Assembly: GCA_019639255.1 (NCBI GenBank)
Contig: JAHBSF010000008.1
Location: 21,148-85,147 of the forward strand
Source: Acidobacteriota bacterium
GTDB taxonomy: Bacteria; Acidobacteriota; Blastocatellia; RBC074
Length of the DNA: 64,000 bases
Direction: 5' to 3'
How positions within the stretch are numbered: position 1 is the first letter of the stretch; every line of letters starts with the position of its first letter. The translations under genes were made by a program, and so were the position numbers. This document shows, piece after piece, positions 62,391 to 64,000 of this stretch. The notes under the pieces were generated by a model. The model searched no databases. It was not told the origin of the DNA and saw only the letters and a list, made by a program, of their open reading frames with translations.

Positions 62391-63866
62391 ATGGATGCAA
62401 AACCTGCCTCCGATCTGTTTGCTCCGCGTATACGGCGTTTTTTCCTGTTACTCGCGCTCGCCTGCTGTTTCGGCGGTTCCGTTCATACCGCGCAAACTCC
62501 GGCCTCGCCCGTCGTGCTGCGGATTCAGCTTGCCAACGAAGCCATCACGCCCGTAACCGCACGGTTCATCATTCAGGCGATCAAGCGCGCAGAACAGGAG
62601 CAGGCCGCAGCGCTCGTGCTGATGCTCGACACTCCGGGCGGCCTTGTAGATTCCACGCGCCAGATCGTAGGCGCAATTCTGCAGAGCCGCGTGCCCGTGG
62701 TTGTATACGTCGCGCCCTCGGGCGCCCGCGCGGCATCGGCCGGCGTGTTCATAACCATGGCCGGGCACGTAGCGGCGATGGCCCCCGGCACCACAATCGG
62801 CGCTGCACATCCGGTTCAGGTAGGCGGCGGATTTCCCGGCGTTCCGCAGTCCCCTCCGCCCGAACAGTCTCCGCAACCGCGACAGGGTGAAAGACAGGGC
62901 GAAGAGAAACAATCCGAACCCCGGGCTGAACCCGGCAGCAGATCTTCATCGCCGATGGAGGACAAGATCCTCAACGACACCGTAGCCTGGGCGCGCGCGC
63001 TTGCCGAGATGCGCGGCAGAAACGCCGACTGGGCTGCGCGAGCCGTAAGGGAAAGCATTTCCGCTCCGGCATCCGAAGCCCTGAAGGAAAAGGCCGTGGA
63101 TCTGATCGCGGACGATTTGCAGGCGCTGCTTGCCGAGATTGACGGCCGCGAGGTCGCTCTGCCCGAAGGCCGGGTAAAGTTGCACGTAGCGGGCGCCGAG
63201 ATCCGCTCGCACCATATGTGGTGGGGCGAACAACTGCTTTCTGCGCTCGCCAATCCCACGCTCGCATTTCTGCTGCTGATGTTCGGCTTCTACGGAATAC
63301 TGTTCGAACTTTACACCCCGGGATGGGGAGCCTCGGGAACCGTGGGCGTCATTTGCATCGTGCTCGGATTTTTCGCACTCGCAGTGCTGCCGATCAATTA
63401 CGTGGGACTTGTGCTGATCGTAATTGCGCTTGCGATGTTTCTGGCCGAAGCCTTCGTCGTTAGCTACGGTTTTCTTACACTGGGCGGAATAATCTGCCTC
63501 GTGATGGGCGGATTGATGCTCGTGGATTCGCCCGTGGGATTTATGCGCATCCCTCTATGGACGCTCATAGGCACGGCTACGGCTACGGCCGGCATTACGT
63601 TTTTCCTCGTCGGCAGCATACTGCGCGCGCGCCGCGCGCCGGTGCAAACGGGCGCCGAAACGCTTTCGGGATGGACGGCGGCGGCGGATGAGGATTTCAG
63701 GAAGGAGGGAGAGATTTACCGCGGAAGGGTGTTGGCGCACGGTGAATTGTGGAGCGCCGTGAGCCGGTCGCCGATAGCGGCGGGGCAACCGGTCGAAATC
63801 GAGGATCGCCGGGGACTGACGTTGAATGTAAGACCCGCTCGCAGCTCCGGAAACGAATCCGCATAA
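62391..63866 (+). CDS. NfeD-family membrane-bound ClpP-class serine protease (stomatin operon partner)
   Basis: Signal peptide. ClpP-like LMLDTPGGLVDSTRQIV...YVAPSGARAASAGVFITMAGHVAAMAPGTTIGAAHPV. Four or five C-terminal TM helices and an OB-fold tail. Confidence 0.85.
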   Translation: MDAKPASDLFAPRIRRFFLLLALACCFGGSVHTAQTPASPVVLRIQLANEAITPVTARFIIQAIKRAEQEQAAALVLMLDTPGGLVDSTRQIVGAILQSRVPVVVYVAPSGARAASAGVFITMAGHVAAMAPGTTIGAAHPVQVGGGFPGVPQSPPPEQSPQPRQGERQGEEKQSEPRAEPGSRSSSPMEDKILNDTVAWARALAEMRGRNADWAARAVRESISAPASEALKEKAVDLIADDLQALLAEIDGREVALPEGRVKLHVAGAEIRSHHMWWGEQLLSALANPTLAFLLLMFGFYGILFELYTPGWGASGTVGVICIVLGFFALAVLPINYVGLVLIVIALAMFLAEAFVVSYGFLTLGGIICLVMGGLMLVDSPVGFMRIPLWTLIGTATATAGITFFLVGSILRARRAPVQTGAETLSGWTAAADEDFRKEGEIYRGRVLAHGELWSAVSRSPIAAGQPVEIEDRRGLTLNVRPARSSGNESA

Positions 63867-63903
63867 CCGAACTGAGAATTGCTATAAGCCAGGAGGACGC
63901 GCA

Positions 63904-64000
63904 ATGATTGACAACACGCTTGGAGGAGTCGGCATATTCATCGGCATCGTGGTGCTTTACTTTCTGAGCTGCATCAAGTTCATTTACGAATACGAGCGCG
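63904..64000 (+). CDS. SPFH/band-7 (stomatin-like) protein, 5' partial at window edge
   Basis: MIDNTLGGVGIFIGIVVLYFLSCIKFIYEYER... Typical N-terminal membrane anchor of slipin/stomatin proteins. Position directly after nfeD. Confidence 0.65.
   Translation, partial: MIDNTLGGVGIFIGIVVLYFLSCIKFIYEYER

Overview
This is a 64 kb high-GC chromosomal segment (roughly 60-65% GC, judged by eye). Coding density is high and gene content is mostly housekeeping. The genes I can support are: proline dehydrogenase, ccsA-like/hemA, a secreted S8 peptidase, polA, thiolase, thrB followed by a his cluster (hisZ-hisG-hisD-hisC-hisB-hisH, then hisA after an antisense gene), topA, wecB, glpX, tdk, M28/M20 peptidases, tandem UspA genes and an NfeD-SPFH pair. 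The gene complement and two tandem giant secreted IPT/TIG-Kelch proteins suggest Acidobacteriota (inference only). The non-housekeeping content is as follows. (1) A lower-GC (~50%) two-gene island encodes an ABC-type (AAA_21-like) ATPase and an overlapping small Toprim-like protein. It resembles split OLD/PARIS-type anti-phage modules and is my best candidate for an undescribed defence system. (2) An imperfectly palindromic element of ~95-105 bp (consensus AGAGATAACGGAACAAACGAAATAAGACGAAAACTACGGAAAAG-loop-mirror) occurs about 20 times at almost every operon boundary. It carries ACGRAA hexamers phased every 9-10 bp, sometimes has copy-specific extended palindromic flanks, and sometimes occurs as a half-element abutting a start codon. 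(3) A second family of 250-450 bp nested palindromes is capped by GTGCTGAGT tandem arrays. One copy sits inside the his operon. (4) The two giant tandem paralogs share mosaic, nearly identical DNA blocks, which suggests gene conversion. I saw no rRNA, tRNA, CRISPR array or transposase.
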